A DNA stretch of 61,102 nucleotides from Firmicutes bacterium UBA4975 (GTDB taxonomy: Bacteria; Bacillota; Proteinivoracia; UBA4975). Below the pieces are notes generated by a model. It was not told the origin of the DNA. It searched no databases and saw only the letters and a program-made list of their open reading frames with translations. The number at the start of each line of letters is the position of its first letter. Positions within the stretch are counted from its first letter, which is position 1. This document shows positions 17,485 through 26,061 of this stretch, piece after piece. The stretch is taken from contig DGZR01000001.1 in NCBI GenBank assembly GCA_002397155.1, positions 16,535 through 77,636 of the forward strand. Reading direction: 5' to 3'. The position numbers and the translations under genes are program-made.

Positions 17485-17497
17485 AGGAGGGTTGCTT

Positions 17498-18154
17498 ATG
17501 TCTTTTCCTGTCGCTTTTGTGGCAGGACTTGCCGCTTTTTTTTCTCCCTGCATCCTGCCCCTGCTGCCGGCCTGGCTGGCTTTTATGGGCGGCGGCCGGA
17601 CCGGGTCGAAAAGGGCGCTGGTCCTAAATCTCCTGGCCTTTGCCGCCGGATTTACCCTGGTGTTTAGTGCCATGGGGGCGGGAGCGACCATCGCCGGGCA
17701 GCTTTTGCGCCAGTACCGACCGATTTTGACCCGGGTCGCCGGGGGGGTAATCATCGTTTTCGGCCTGCAGATGCTGGGCCTTTTCCAGCTTTCCTTCTTA
17801 GCCCGGGAAAGGAAGATTAAGACCACCCGGGGGCACAGCCCATTCCACAGCTTTCTCTTTGGCCTCGTCTTGGCCTTGGGCTGGACGCCCTGCACCGGCA
17901 TGATTCTTGGCCCGATAATCATGCTGGCCGGCAACCAAGAAACAGTGGTGGCCGGCACGCTGCTCCTTTTCACTTACTCCTTGGGCTTTGCCCTGCCTTT
18001 TTTCGTCACCGGCTTGGTTTTAGGGACTCTGCCCCGGGGCAAGGCGGGTCCGGTGGCTCACTGGGTGCAGATTGGCACCGGTGTGGTCATGGTCTTGATG
18101 GGAGTCCTGCTCCTCCTCGATCGCTGGGCCTGGCTCCAAGGTTTATTCATCTAA
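17498..18154 (+). CDS. ccdA: Cytochrome c biogenesis / thiol-disulfide electron transporter CcdA (DsbD family)
   Basis: Multi-TM protein with FFSPCILPLLP and GWTPCTGMILG, the two conserved Cys motifs. The ATG at 17498 lies 6 nt after AAGGAGG; the ORF track starts at the TTG at 17492. Confidence 0.9.
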   Translation: MSFPVAFVAGLAAFFSPCILPLLPAWLAFMGGGRTGSKRALVLNLLAFAAGFTLVFSAMGAGATIAGQLLRQYRPILTRVAGGVIIVFGLQMLGLFQLSFLARERKIKTTRGHSPFHSFLFGLVLALGWTPCTGMILGPIIMLAGNQETVVAGTLLLFTYSLGFALPFFVTGLVLGTLPRGKAGPVAHWVQIGTGVVMVLMGVLLLLDRWAWLQGLFI

Positions 18155-18168
18155 TGAGGAGTGGTAAA

Positions 18169-18639
18169 ATGCGAAAATTAATGCTGTTCTTCATCATCTT
18201 GCTTCTCGCCGCAGGCTGCGTGGCGGCCCCGGAAAAAGGGCCGGAAAACGGGGCGCCGACTTTTTCCTATGAAGACCTCCAGGGAAAGATGTGGTCTTTG
18301 CCGGAACTGCGGGGTAAGGTGGTGGCCCTCTATTTTTGGACCGGCAGTTGCGGAGTCTGCGTGGCAAAACTTCCCGAACTGCCGGCTCTGGAAAAGCAGT
18401 TGCCCGAAGACGTCTACCTCTTGCTCCTAAACGCCGACGATTCCCGAGAGCGGATCGAAGAGCTCATCGGCGACGCCCCCCTGACGGTTCTGATGAATAC
18501 AATGAACAGCTTTCGGGATTACAAAGTAGCTTACGTGCCCACCACGGTTTTTATCAACCGGGAAGGGGAGGTAGCTTCGGTCCAGGTGGGGTTTATCACC
18601 AACGAAAAGACCATGGAGATAATCGAAAGTCTCCGTTAA
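18169..18639 (+). CDS. TlpA/ResA/StoA-family thiol-disulfide oxidoreductase lipoprotein
   Basis: Thioredoxin fold with WTGSCGVCV (CxxC). Signal peptide with lipobox LLAAGC. The ATG at 18169 (after GAGGAG) is preferred over the ATG at 18154. Confidence 0.85.
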   Translation: MRKLMLFFIILLLAAGCVAAPEKGPENGAPTFSYEDLQGKMWSLPELRGKVVALYFWTGSCGVCVAKLPELPALEKQLPEDVYLLLLNADDSRERIEELIGDAPLTVLMNTMNSFRDYKVAYVPTTVFINREGEVASVQVGFITNEKTMEIIESLR

Positions 18640-18642
18640 AAG

Positions 18643-18666
18643 AACCGCCCTTGGCGGTTTTTTTTA
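18643..18666 (+). terminator. Rho-independent terminator
   Basis: AACCGCC / CTT / GGCGGTT followed by T8. Confidence 0.85.
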
Positions 18667-18760
18667 CCCCGGAAAGCCGAGGGATTAAATCTAAAAAATG
18701 ATCCCTTCCCCCTTTGTTCTATTTAGGCCGGTGGGACAATAAGTATTGACTGGGGAGGGA

Positions 18761-19630
18761 ATGGCTGTGGCGGAAAAGAGTTTGAAATTCTTGGTGGTGT
18801 TCTTTAGTAAAAACCGGCGGCTCTTTTTGGCTCTGGGGGCGACCCTGGCCATTGTCGCCGTTGCGGGAATCCTTTTGTCTTTTACCGACTGGTTCCCCTT
18901 GGGCCAACATAAGCAGGCCTTGGCTTGGACGGTAGTTGTGGAAGAGGAAAATTGGCAGGGAGAACCCTCCGAAGCCGACTTGCCCAGGTACTTTGTCGCC
19001 GGGGGCGCCGCTTTTGACCGGCAAATTTTAGTGGATGGCTGGGGAATGCCGGAAGAGATCCTGCGGCCCTTGGATTACATGGAAGAACTGGGAATCCACG
19101 TCCTCCTAGGCCAGGTGAACCGGGTGCTTTATAGCGGCAACAAGCTGCAGGTGTACATCGATGAAAAGGACTCGGGCTACCAACTGATCACAGTGGCGAA
19201 AGGAGACTTGCACGAAGGGGACTTGCAGATAGTCTTTCTCAACGACCGGGGGACGGCCCTCGGGTACGAAGAAGAATACGTCTACTCGGTTCCCCTGGAG
19301 TTTATCCTGGTCGATAGCGGGCCGGCAGACACCAAGGGCAAGGCCTTTATGGAGATCTTAGACCTGGAGACCCTGCCAGTTCTCACGGGTTACAGCCCCA
19401 GTTTTTTGAGCCAGCACGCCGACTGCCTGCTCTTGTTCATCCAGGGGGCAAAAGTGTCCTCGGTTCAGCGCAACGAAACTTCTGTCCGCATCTACACTGA
19501 AGAAGACGCGGGTTTCCAGGTGGTGACGGTGGCGAAAAGCCTGTTGAAGCCAGGGCAAAATACCGTAAGGTTGATCGACAGCACCAGTCTGCAGGTTATT
19601 TCCCAAGTAGTTTACTTGATTTCTGATTGA
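18761..19630 (+). CDS. Membrane-anchored hypothetical protein with an internal duplication
   Basis: ATG after GGGGAGGG. One N-terminal TM segment (LFLALGATLAIVAVAGILL). Two related segments share the core Y..E.D.G.Q..TVAK..L..G. Its own terminator follows. Confidence 0.75.
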   Translation: MAVAEKSLKFLVVFFSKNRRLFLALGATLAIVAVAGILLSFTDWFPLGQHKQALAWTVVVEEENWQGEPSEADLPRYFVAGGAAFDRQILVDGWGMPEEILRPLDYMEELGIHVLLGQVNRVLYSGNKLQVYIDEKDSGYQLITVAKGDLHEGDLQIVFLNDRGTALGYEEEYVYSVPLEFILVDSGPADTKGKAFMEILDLETLPVLTGYSPSFLSQHADCLLLFIQGAKVSSVQRNETSVRIYTEEDAGFQVVTVAKSLLKPGQNTVRLIDSTSLQVISQVVYLISD

Positions 19631-19654
19631 AAAACGGCTGGGCCGTTTTTTTTT
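19631..19654 (+). terminator. Rho-independent terminator
   Basis: ACGGC / TGG / GCCGT followed by T9. Confidence 0.8.
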
Positions 19655-19716
19655 GCTATAAAGATTTGAGAAAAAAGAAGGAATTTCAGGGGGAAAGGGA
19701 GAATAGTAACATCCCG

Positions 19717-19749
19717 GTGGTGGAAAGTGGTATGATGTGGAGGAGGTGA
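19717..19749 (+). promoter_or_regulatory. MraZ-box-like phased GTGG repeats
   Basis: GTGG occurs at 19717, 19727 and 19737, exactly 10-bp phased, with a fourth GTGA at 19746. The repeats lie immediately upstream of mraZ and embed a TGGTATGAT extended -10-like element (19728-19736). Confidence 0.5.
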
Positions 19750-19754
19750 GCAGG

Positions 19755-20180
19755 ATGTTTCTCGGAGAGTACCAGCACAGTATCGATGAAAAGGGCAGAG
19801 TGATAATGCCTGCTCGCTTTCGGGACCAACTGGGCCCCAACTTCATAATCACCAGGGGCTTGGACGGCTGCCTCTTTGTCTACCCCGCCGCCGAATGGGA
19901 AAAACTATCCCAAGAAGTACAGACCCTGCCCCTGGCAAAAAAAGATGCCCGGGCTTTTAGCCGGATGCTCTTTTCCGGCGCTGCCGAAGGCGAATGCGAC
20001 AAGCAGGGGCGAGTTTCCCTGCCCGCCAATTTGCGGGAATACGCCGGCATAGAGCGGGATGTGGTGAGTATAGGGGTCTCCAGCCGGATAGAGATTTGGG
20101 CGGCCCAAAACTGGGCTCGGGTCAATGCCGACGCCGCCCAACGCTATGAAGAACTGGCAGAAAAGTTGGAGGGAATCTAG
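19755..20180 (+). CDS. mraZ: Transcriptional regulator MraZ
   Basis: MFLGEYQHSIDEKGRVIMPARFR and a second SpoVT/AbrB-like repeat (DKQGRVSLPANLR). The ATG at 19755 is preferred over the GTG at 19737. Confidence 0.95.
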   Translation: MFLGEYQHSIDEKGRVIMPARFRDQLGPNFIITRGLDGCLFVYPAAEWEKLSQEVQTLPLAKKDARAFSRMLFSGAAEGECDKQGRVSLPANLREYAGIERDVVSIGVSSRIEIWAAQNWARVNADAAQRYEELAEKLEGI

Positions 20181-20183
20181 ACT

Positions 20184-21134
20184 TTGAGTTTTCAGCACAA
20201 GCCGGTATTGGCGGCAGAGGTTGTGGCCCTGCTTCGGCCGGAAAAGCGTGCCACCATAGTGGACTGCACCCTGGGCGGGGGCGGCCATGCCCAAAAGATC
20301 ATGGGCCTCCTTGGCCGGGAAAGTTGGCTGGTGGGCATCGATCAGGATCGAGATGCCCTGGATGCGGCGGCGGCTGTCCTGGCCGGCTCAGGCAATTTTA
20401 AGCTCATTCAGGGCAATTTTGCACGGCTGTCCCCATTGCTGGCGGACTGGCCCCTGCCCCTCGATGGTTTTCTCTTTGATCTGGGGGTCTCTTCCTGGCA
20501 GTTGGACAGTCCTGGCCGGGGATTTTCTTACCAGCTAGACGCCCCCTTGGACATGCGGATGAACCAGGGAGGGGGCACAGACGCCCGGGAAATTATCAAC
20601 ACCCGCTCGGCCCGGGAACTGACAGAGATCTTTCGCACCTACGGTGAAGAAAGATGGTCGGCCCGAGTGGCGGCCTTTATCCTGCGGGCCAGGCAGGTCA
20701 AGCCCATTGAGACCACCCACGAGTTGGTAGAAATAATCAAGGCGGCGATTCCCGCTGCGGCCAGAAGGGAAGGAGGCCATCCCGGCCGGAGAATATTCCA
20801 GGCCCTGCGCATTGCCGTCAATTCCGAGCTGGAAAACCTAAGCCACGGGCTGGAAGGGGCTCTGGCCCTGTGCGCTCCTGGGGGAGTAGTGGTGGTGATC
20901 TCTTACCACTCCTTGGAGGACCGGATTGTGAAAAACCTTTTTCGGGAAAAAGCCAGGGGCTGTGTCTGCCCCCCTGAAGCGGCGGTGTGCCGCTGCAACC
21001 ATAGGCCGGAAGTGAAAATCTTGACCAAGAGACCGATACAACCGGGGCCCAGGGAACTAGAGGAAAACCCCCGGTCCCGCAGCGCCAAGCTGAGAGCCGT
21101 TCTCAAGCTGGGTTCTAATGAAAGACAGGGGTGA
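20184..21134 (+). CDS. rsmH: 16S rRNA (cytosine1402-N4)-methyltransferase
   Basis: TTG start. HKPVL...DCTLGGGGH...DLGVSSWQLD...SYHSLEDRIVK motifs are present. Confidence 0.95.
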   Translation: MSFQHKPVLAAEVVALLRPEKRATIVDCTLGGGGHAQKIMGLLGRESWLVGIDQDRDALDAAAAVLAGSGNFKLIQGNFARLSPLLADWPLPLDGFLFDLGVSSWQLDSPGRGFSYQLDAPLDMRMNQGGGTDAREIINTRSARELTEIFRTYGEERWSARVAAFILRARQVKPIETTHELVEIIKAAIPAAARREGGHPGRRIFQALRIAVNSELENLSHGLEGALALCAPGGVVVVISYHSLEDRIVKNLFREKARGCVCPPEAAVCRCNHRPEVKILTKRPIQPGPRELEENPRSRSAKLRAVLKLGSNERQG

Positions 21135-21541
21135 ATAGCATGGTAGTAGCCAACAATGCCTATGCGCAAAGGCCGCAGGTGTATCCCCTCCCGGAGCGTC
21201 CCCGGTCGGCGGCGGGAAAAAAAAGTCGCCAAAATCCCAGGGTCGCCAGAGGCCTGCGCCGCGGCGCCGCCGGGGTCCTGGTCGTCCTGCTGGCCCTAGT
21301 TGTGGTCTACCGCTACGGAATTATCAGCGAAATCAACATACAGATAAATCAGCAGACCAAGACCCGGGATTCGCTTTTGGACGAACAGCGGCACTTGAAA
21401 ATCACCATCTCCGAACTGACGGCCCTCAGTCGGCTAGAGCGGGTGGCAATTGAAGAGCTGGGCATGAAGTACCCCGCCCCCAGTCAAATTAGGTATGTTG
21501 GCGGCAACTCTTCAGAAGGCAGGGATGGGGATGGAGGCTAG
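21131..21541 (+). CDS. ftsL: Cell division protein FtsL
   Basis: Position between rsmH and the PBP gene. Basic N-terminus, a single TM segment (VLVVLLALVVVY), then a coiled-coil. Confidence 0.8.
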   Translation: MNSMVVANNAYAQRPQVYPLPERPRSAAGKKSRQNPRVARGLRRGAAGVLVVLLALVVVYRYGIISEINIQINQQTKTRDSLLDEQRHLKITISELTALSRLERVAIEELGMKYPAPSQIRYVGGNSSEGRDGDGG

Positions 21542-23624
21542 AGTATCATATACCCTGGTTCGGAAAAGGCTGCTTAAGTCTCTTGCAGTCTTTGCTTTTT
21601 TTATGATTTACCTGGTGGGTCGCCTGGCCTGGGTTCAGTTTGTCCAGGGCGCGGATTTGCGGGATAAAGCCCTGGCCCAATGGAACCGGGGCCTCACCGT
21701 TCAACCCCAGCGGGGCTCGATATACAGCCGCAACGGCACCCTCTTGGCCGGCAGCGCCACCGCCGAGTCGATTATCGCCATCCCCTCGGAAATTACTGAG
21801 CCTCTGGAGACGGCCCAGGCCCTGGCGCCGGTGCTGGAAATGGAGGTCCAGGTCCTTTTAGAAAAAATGCACAAGGGCCAGTTCGAGGTTTTTTTAAAGC
21901 GCAAAGTCCCAGACGAGGTGGCCTTGGCGGTCAAGGCCTTGAAATTGCGGGGGATCCGCACCAAAATAGAGACTAAGCGCTTTTATCCCGGCGGCAACCT
22001 GGCCAGCCACGTCTTGGGCTTTGTCGGCATCGACGAAGGGCTGGAGGGTATCGAGTTCTATTACGAAAAAGAGCTCATGGGACAAAAAGGATACGTGGTC
22101 TATGAGGCCGACGCCAAGGGGCGGGAGCTTCCCGATGCCGTGCAGGCCTACTTGCCTCCAATCAACGGCTACGACCTGGTGCTGACCATCGACGAGGTAA
22201 TTCAGCACATCGTTGAAAAAGAACTGGACCAGGCCATGCTCGATTTTGCCCCGGAATGCGCCGGCATCATCGCCGTGGCGCCCAAGACCGGTGAGATACT
22301 GGCCATGGCCGGGCGGCCGGATTTTTATCCGGAAAAGTACGGGAGTTACGCCAACACGACTTGGCGGAATCCGGTTATCAGCAATTCCTTTGAGCCCGGT
22401 TCCACCTTTAAACTGGTGACCATCTCCGCCGCTCTAGAAGAAAATGTGGTCACCTTGGACGACGGCTATTACTGCCGGGGGTTTTTTACCGCCAGTGGCC
22501 GCAACATTAAGTGCTGGAGCTCCGGCCACGGGTCCCAAAGCATCCGGGAGGTGCTGTGGAACTCGTGTAACCCGGGCTTTATGAACATGGGCACTAAGCT
22601 GGGCAAGGAAAAGCTTTTTGACTACATACGGGCTTACGGCTACGGCGGCAAAACCGGCATCGACTTGCCCGGGGAAAACACGGGTATCTTGTTCAATGTG
22701 AAGACGATGAGCAATGCCGACCTGGCCGTCACTTCTTTCGGCCAGGGCAATGCGGTGACCCCGATTCAACAGGCCATGGCCGCCGCCGCTATCGCCAACG
22801 GGGGTAAGTTGATGCGCCCCATGCTGGTCAAAGAAATCCGGGACGAAGAGGGTAACCTGGTGGAAAAAATCGAGCCCAAAGTCTTGCGCCAGGTCATATC
22901 CGAAGAGACTGCCGCCGAGCTCTCGGTAGCATTGGCCGACGGAGTGGAAAGGGGTTCGGGGGTCTTTGCCATGGTTGAAGGCTACCGCATGGCAGGGAAG
23001 ACCGGCACGGCAGAAAAAATCGCTCCCGGCGGCGGTTACCTGAATAACATCTACATCCTGTCCTACGTGGGCTACGGCCCTATCGATGATCCCCAGATCG
23101 CCGTCTATGTATTTGTCGACGGCGCCACCAAGGGGCCTAACTGGGGGGGGCAGGTGGCGGGTCCGGTTTTTAAACGGGTGGTGAGCCAGGTTATGCAGTA
23201 CTGGAACATACCTCCCGGAGATGAAGTGCCCAAGCTTGTTCTGCCGGAAGAAACCAAGGTGCCCAGCTTTATCAATATGACCCGGGAACAGGCGATCAAT
23301 CGGGCCGATGAGGCGGGGTTCGGCCTGAGGATTGAAGGCGAAGGGGAACTGGTGGTAGGGCAGGTGCCCGCCGCCGGGGCCGATGTCCCCTTTGGCACCA
23401 CGGTGATCATCTATACCGGCCAGGGCCACGAAGGCCGGGATGAAGTGCTGGTACCCAGCCTGCAGGGCCTCTCCCTGCGCCAGGCTAGCGAGCTTCTGGC
23501 CCTGTTTGACCTGCGCCTGCAAGCAAGGGGCAGCGGCGTCGCCCAGAGCCAGATTCCCGCCGCCGGTTCCTTAGCCCCGACGGGTTCGGCGGTCGAAGTG
23601 ACCTTTGGCGAACCCGGCCCCTAG
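21531..23624 (+). CDS. Class B penicillin-binding protein with two PASTA domains (SpoVD/FtsI-type)
   Basis: Transpeptidase motifs STFK, SCN and KTGTA are present, with two C-terminal PASTA repeats. The start is uncertain (ATG at 21525 or 21531; the ORF track starts at 21495 inside ftsL). Confidence 0.92.
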   Translation: MEARVSYTLVRKRLLKSLAVFAFFMIYLVGRLAWVQFVQGADLRDKALAQWNRGLTVQPQRGSIYSRNGTLLAGSATAESIIAIPSEITEPLETAQALAPVLEMEVQVLLEKMHKGQFEVFLKRKVPDEVALAVKALKLRGIRTKIETKRFYPGGNLASHVLGFVGIDEGLEGIEFYYEKELMGQKGYVVYEADAKGRELPDAVQAYLPPINGYDLVLTIDEVIQHIVEKELDQAMLDFAPECAGIIAVAPKTGEILAMAGRPDFYPEKYGSYANTTWRNPVISNSFEPGSTFKLVTISAALEENVVTLDDGYYCRGFFTASGRNIKCWSSGHGSQSIREVLWNSCNPGFMNMGTKLGKEKLFDYIRAYGYGGKTGIDLPGENTGILFNVKTMSNADLAVTSFGQGNAVTPIQQAMAAAAIANGGKLMRPMLVKEIRDEEGNLVEKIEPKVLRQVISEETAAELSVALADGVERGSGVFAMVEGYRMAGKTGTAEKIAPGGGYLNNIYILSYVGYGPIDDPQIAVYVFVDGATKGPNWGGQVAGPVFKRVVSQVMQYWNIPPGDEVPKLVLPEETKVPSFINMTREQAINRADEAGFGLRIEGEGELVVGQVPAAGADVPFGTTVIIYTGQGHEGRDEVLVPSLQGLSLRQASELLALFDLRLQARGSGVAQSQIPAAGSLAPTGSAVEVTFGEPGP

Positions 23625-23690
23625 AAAAAGGGCGAGAAAACGCCGGAGAAGCTCTGTCCTTTTTTAAAGAAAAAGGGCACAGTATAGAAG

Positions 23691-25091
23691 GTGATGAATG
23701 TGAAATTCTCAGTAAAAGATGTTATAAATATCGTTGGGGGCCAACCTACCCCCGGGGATTACACCCGGGCGGTTTCCTCTGTCGTCATCGACAGCCGCCA
23801 AGCGGCGCCGGGCAGCTTGTTTGTCGCCTTTGCCGGTGAAAAGGCCGACGGCCACGACTTTTTGTCCCAGTGCGCCCGGCAAGGGGCGGTGGCCGCCTTA
23901 ATCGAGCGGGACACCCCTTACCGGGGGGAAATGGTGACAATTAAGAGCGAAAACACCCTGGCCGCCCTGCAGCGCCTGGCCGCCTGGCAGCGCCAACGCC
24001 TAAGAGACCTGCGGGTTCTGGCTGTGACGGGGAGCAGCGGCAAGACCACGACAAAGGAGCTTACCGCGGCCGTCCTTGCCCAGAAATATGAGACCTTTAA
24101 GTCCCGGGGCAATCACAACAACGCCATCGGGCTGCCCTTGATGATCTTTGAGATCGAAGCCCGGCAGCGCCTGGCGGTTTTGGAGATGGGGATGAGCGCC
24201 CCCGGTGAAATCCGGGAACTCTGCCAGATCAGCCGCCCCAGCTTGGGGATAATCACTAATATCGGCGAAGCCCACTTAGAATACCTGGGGTCTCAAGAGG
24301 CGATTGCGGCGGCTAAGTTTGAGTTGGCCGAGGGGCTGGCCCCGGGGAGCACCCTCATCCTAAACGGCGACGACCCCTGGCAGCGGCGGCGGGCTCAAGC
24401 CGGGCTGGAAGGAATCAAGGTGCTGTTCTACGGCCTCGGCCCAGAAAACAGCGTTCAAGGAACGGATATCCGGGCCAGCCAGGAGGGGACTTCATTTACG
24501 GCGGTGTGGCCGGGGGGATCTATTCCCATCAAGCTGAATCTCCTGGGCGCTCACAACGTCTACAATGCCCTGGCGGCTTTTTCCGCCGGCCTTGCCCTGG
24601 CGGTGGAACCAGAAGGGATTGCCCGGGGGTTGGCCGGGGCAAAAGGGGAGGGCAGGCGGCTGCAGGCCTTTGCAGTGGCCGACCTCACCCTCATCGACGA
24701 TTCATACAACGCTAACCCGGACTCGGTGGGCAAAGCCTTGGCGGTGCTGGGCACCTTTTCTGGCGCCCGCCGCCGAGTCGCCTTTCTGGGGGACATGCTG
24801 GAACTGGGACCGGAGTCGGCGGAAAAACACCGGCAGGTAGGAAAAGAAGCGGCCCGCCAGGGGGTGGACTACCTGGTCGCTGTGGGTCAATACGCCGGGG
24901 ACCTGGAATATGGGGCCGTCCTGGCAGGCATGAAGGGCAAAGCCGTCCGTACTTGGGCGGACAGCGAAGAGGCCCTGGCTTCGGTGGATGGCCTGGCCCC
25001 GGGGGATGTGGTCCTGGTCAAGGGCTCCTTGGGGGTGAAGATGGATAAAATTGTCGAAGCGATAAAAGCTAGGGGGACGAAAAAGTGTTAG
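23691..25091 (+). CDS. murF: UDP-N-acetylmuramoyl-tripeptide--D-alanyl-D-alanine ligase
   Basis: Mur ligase with GSSGKTTTKE P-loop. MurF-type N-terminus and position directly before mraY. The exact start codon (23691, 23694 or 23700) is uncertain. Confidence 0.9.
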   Translation: MMNVKFSVKDVINIVGGQPTPGDYTRAVSSVVIDSRQAAPGSLFVAFAGEKADGHDFLSQCARQGAVAALIERDTPYRGEMVTIKSENTLAALQRLAAWQRQRLRDLRVLAVTGSSGKTTTKELTAAVLAQKYETFKSRGNHNNAIGLPLMIFEIEARQRLAVLEMGMSAPGEIRELCQISRPSLGIITNIGEAHLEYLGSQEAIAAAKFELAEGLAPGSTLILNGDDPWQRRRAQAGLEGIKVLFYGLGPENSVQGTDIRASQEGTSFTAVWPGGSIPIKLNLLGAHNVYNALAAFSAGLALAVEPEGIARGLAGAKGEGRRLQAFAVADLTLIDDSYNANPDSVGKALAVLGTFSGARRRVAFLGDMLELGPESAEKHRQVGKEAARQGVDYLVAVGQYAGDLEYGAVLAGMKGKAVRTWADSEEALASVDGLAPGDVVLVKGSLGVKMDKIVEAIKARGTKKC

Positions 25092-26047
25092 ACTATGCCG
25101 GAATACTGCTCATTGCCTTTATCCTAGCCCTGGCCTTGGGCCTGCTCCTGATACCCCTGCTCAGGCGGTTAAAGATAGGTCAAAGTATCCGGGCGGCGGG
25201 GCCCAAGAGCCACCTCAAAAAAGCGGGAGTCCCCACCATGGGCGGCGTCATCTTTCTTTTAGCTGCTGTGGCGGCCCTGGCCCTCTTTGTCCCGGCCCGC
25301 AATCCCCAGGGCTACCTGGCCCTGGGCACGGCTCTGGCCTTTGGCGCCATCGGCTTTGCCGACGATTACCTCAAGGTCGTCCTCAAGCGGCCCTTGGGGC
25401 TAAAAGCCCGGTACAAACTGGCGGGGCAGATCGCCATTTCTGTGGTCTTTTACCTGGTCCTCAGGGCCTTGGGTCTAGGCGGGTCCCTGGCCCTGCCCGG
25501 GCTGGGCTTTATCGAGCTGGGCTGGGCTTACCCGATTTTCGCCACCATTGTCCTGGTGGGAACCGCCAACGCCGTCAACCTGGCCGACGGCCTGGACGGC
25601 CTGGCCGGGGGTCTCAGCGCCATCACTCTCCTGGGCGCTTGGGCGATCTGCTGGCTCTCCGGCCGGAGCGGCCTGGCATACATTCCGGCGGCCCTGGCGG
25701 GAGGGGTGCTGGGCTACTTGGTCTTTAACCTGCATCCGGCCAAGGTCATAATGGGGGACACGGGTTCATTGGCCCTGGGGGGTGCCATTGGCGCTCTGGC
25801 TCTCTTGACCGGCACCGAGCTCTTGCTCTTGCTGGGTCTGGGCATCATCTTTGTTCTCGAGACCATTTCGGTAATCATCCAGGTATCTTACTTTAAAATG
25901 ACGGGACGCCGGGTGTTCTTGATGGCCCCTATCCACCACCACTTTGAACTCAAGGGCTGGAGCGAATGGAAAGTCTGCTCGGTCTTTTGGCTCGTCCAGC
26001 TCATCGGAACCCTGGCCGCCCTGACGGTTTGGCGAGGAACCCACTAA
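25085..26047 (+). CDS. mraY: Phospho-N-acetylmuramoyl-pentapeptide transferase
   Basis: GTG start overlapping murF. PTMGG, NAVNLADGLDGLA and HHHFE motifs are present. Confidence 0.95.
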   Translation: MLDYAGILLIAFILALALGLLLIPLLRRLKIGQSIRAAGPKSHLKKAGVPTMGGVIFLLAAVAALALFVPARNPQGYLALGTALAFGAIGFADDYLKVVLKRPLGLKARYKLAGQIAISVVFYLVLRALGLGGSLALPGLGFIELGWAYPIFATIVLVGTANAVNLADGLDGLAGGLSAITLLGAWAICWLSGRSGLAYIPAALAGGVLGYLVFNLHPAKVIMGDTGSLALGGAIGALALLTGTELLLLLGLGIIFVLETISVIIQVSYFKMTGRRVFLMAPIHHHFELKGWSEWKVCSVFWLVQLIGTLAALTVWRGTH

Positions 26048-26061
26048 AGGGGGAAAAAGCT

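Noticed and set aside
22434-23522. 362-aa minus-strand ORF antisense to the PBP gene. There are many similar long antisense or alternative-frame ORFs, for example 13276-14277, 11361-12077, 37101-37877, 40437-41051, 44528-45328, 45570-46298, 49321-49869, 56194-56808 and 59453-60073.
   Set aside because: Each lies entirely inside a confidently identified, motif-bearing gene on the other strand or frame. The products are Gly/Pro/Arg/Ala-rich and low in complexity, as expected for stop-codon-poor shadow frames in GC-rich DNA. None has an SD-start arrangement.
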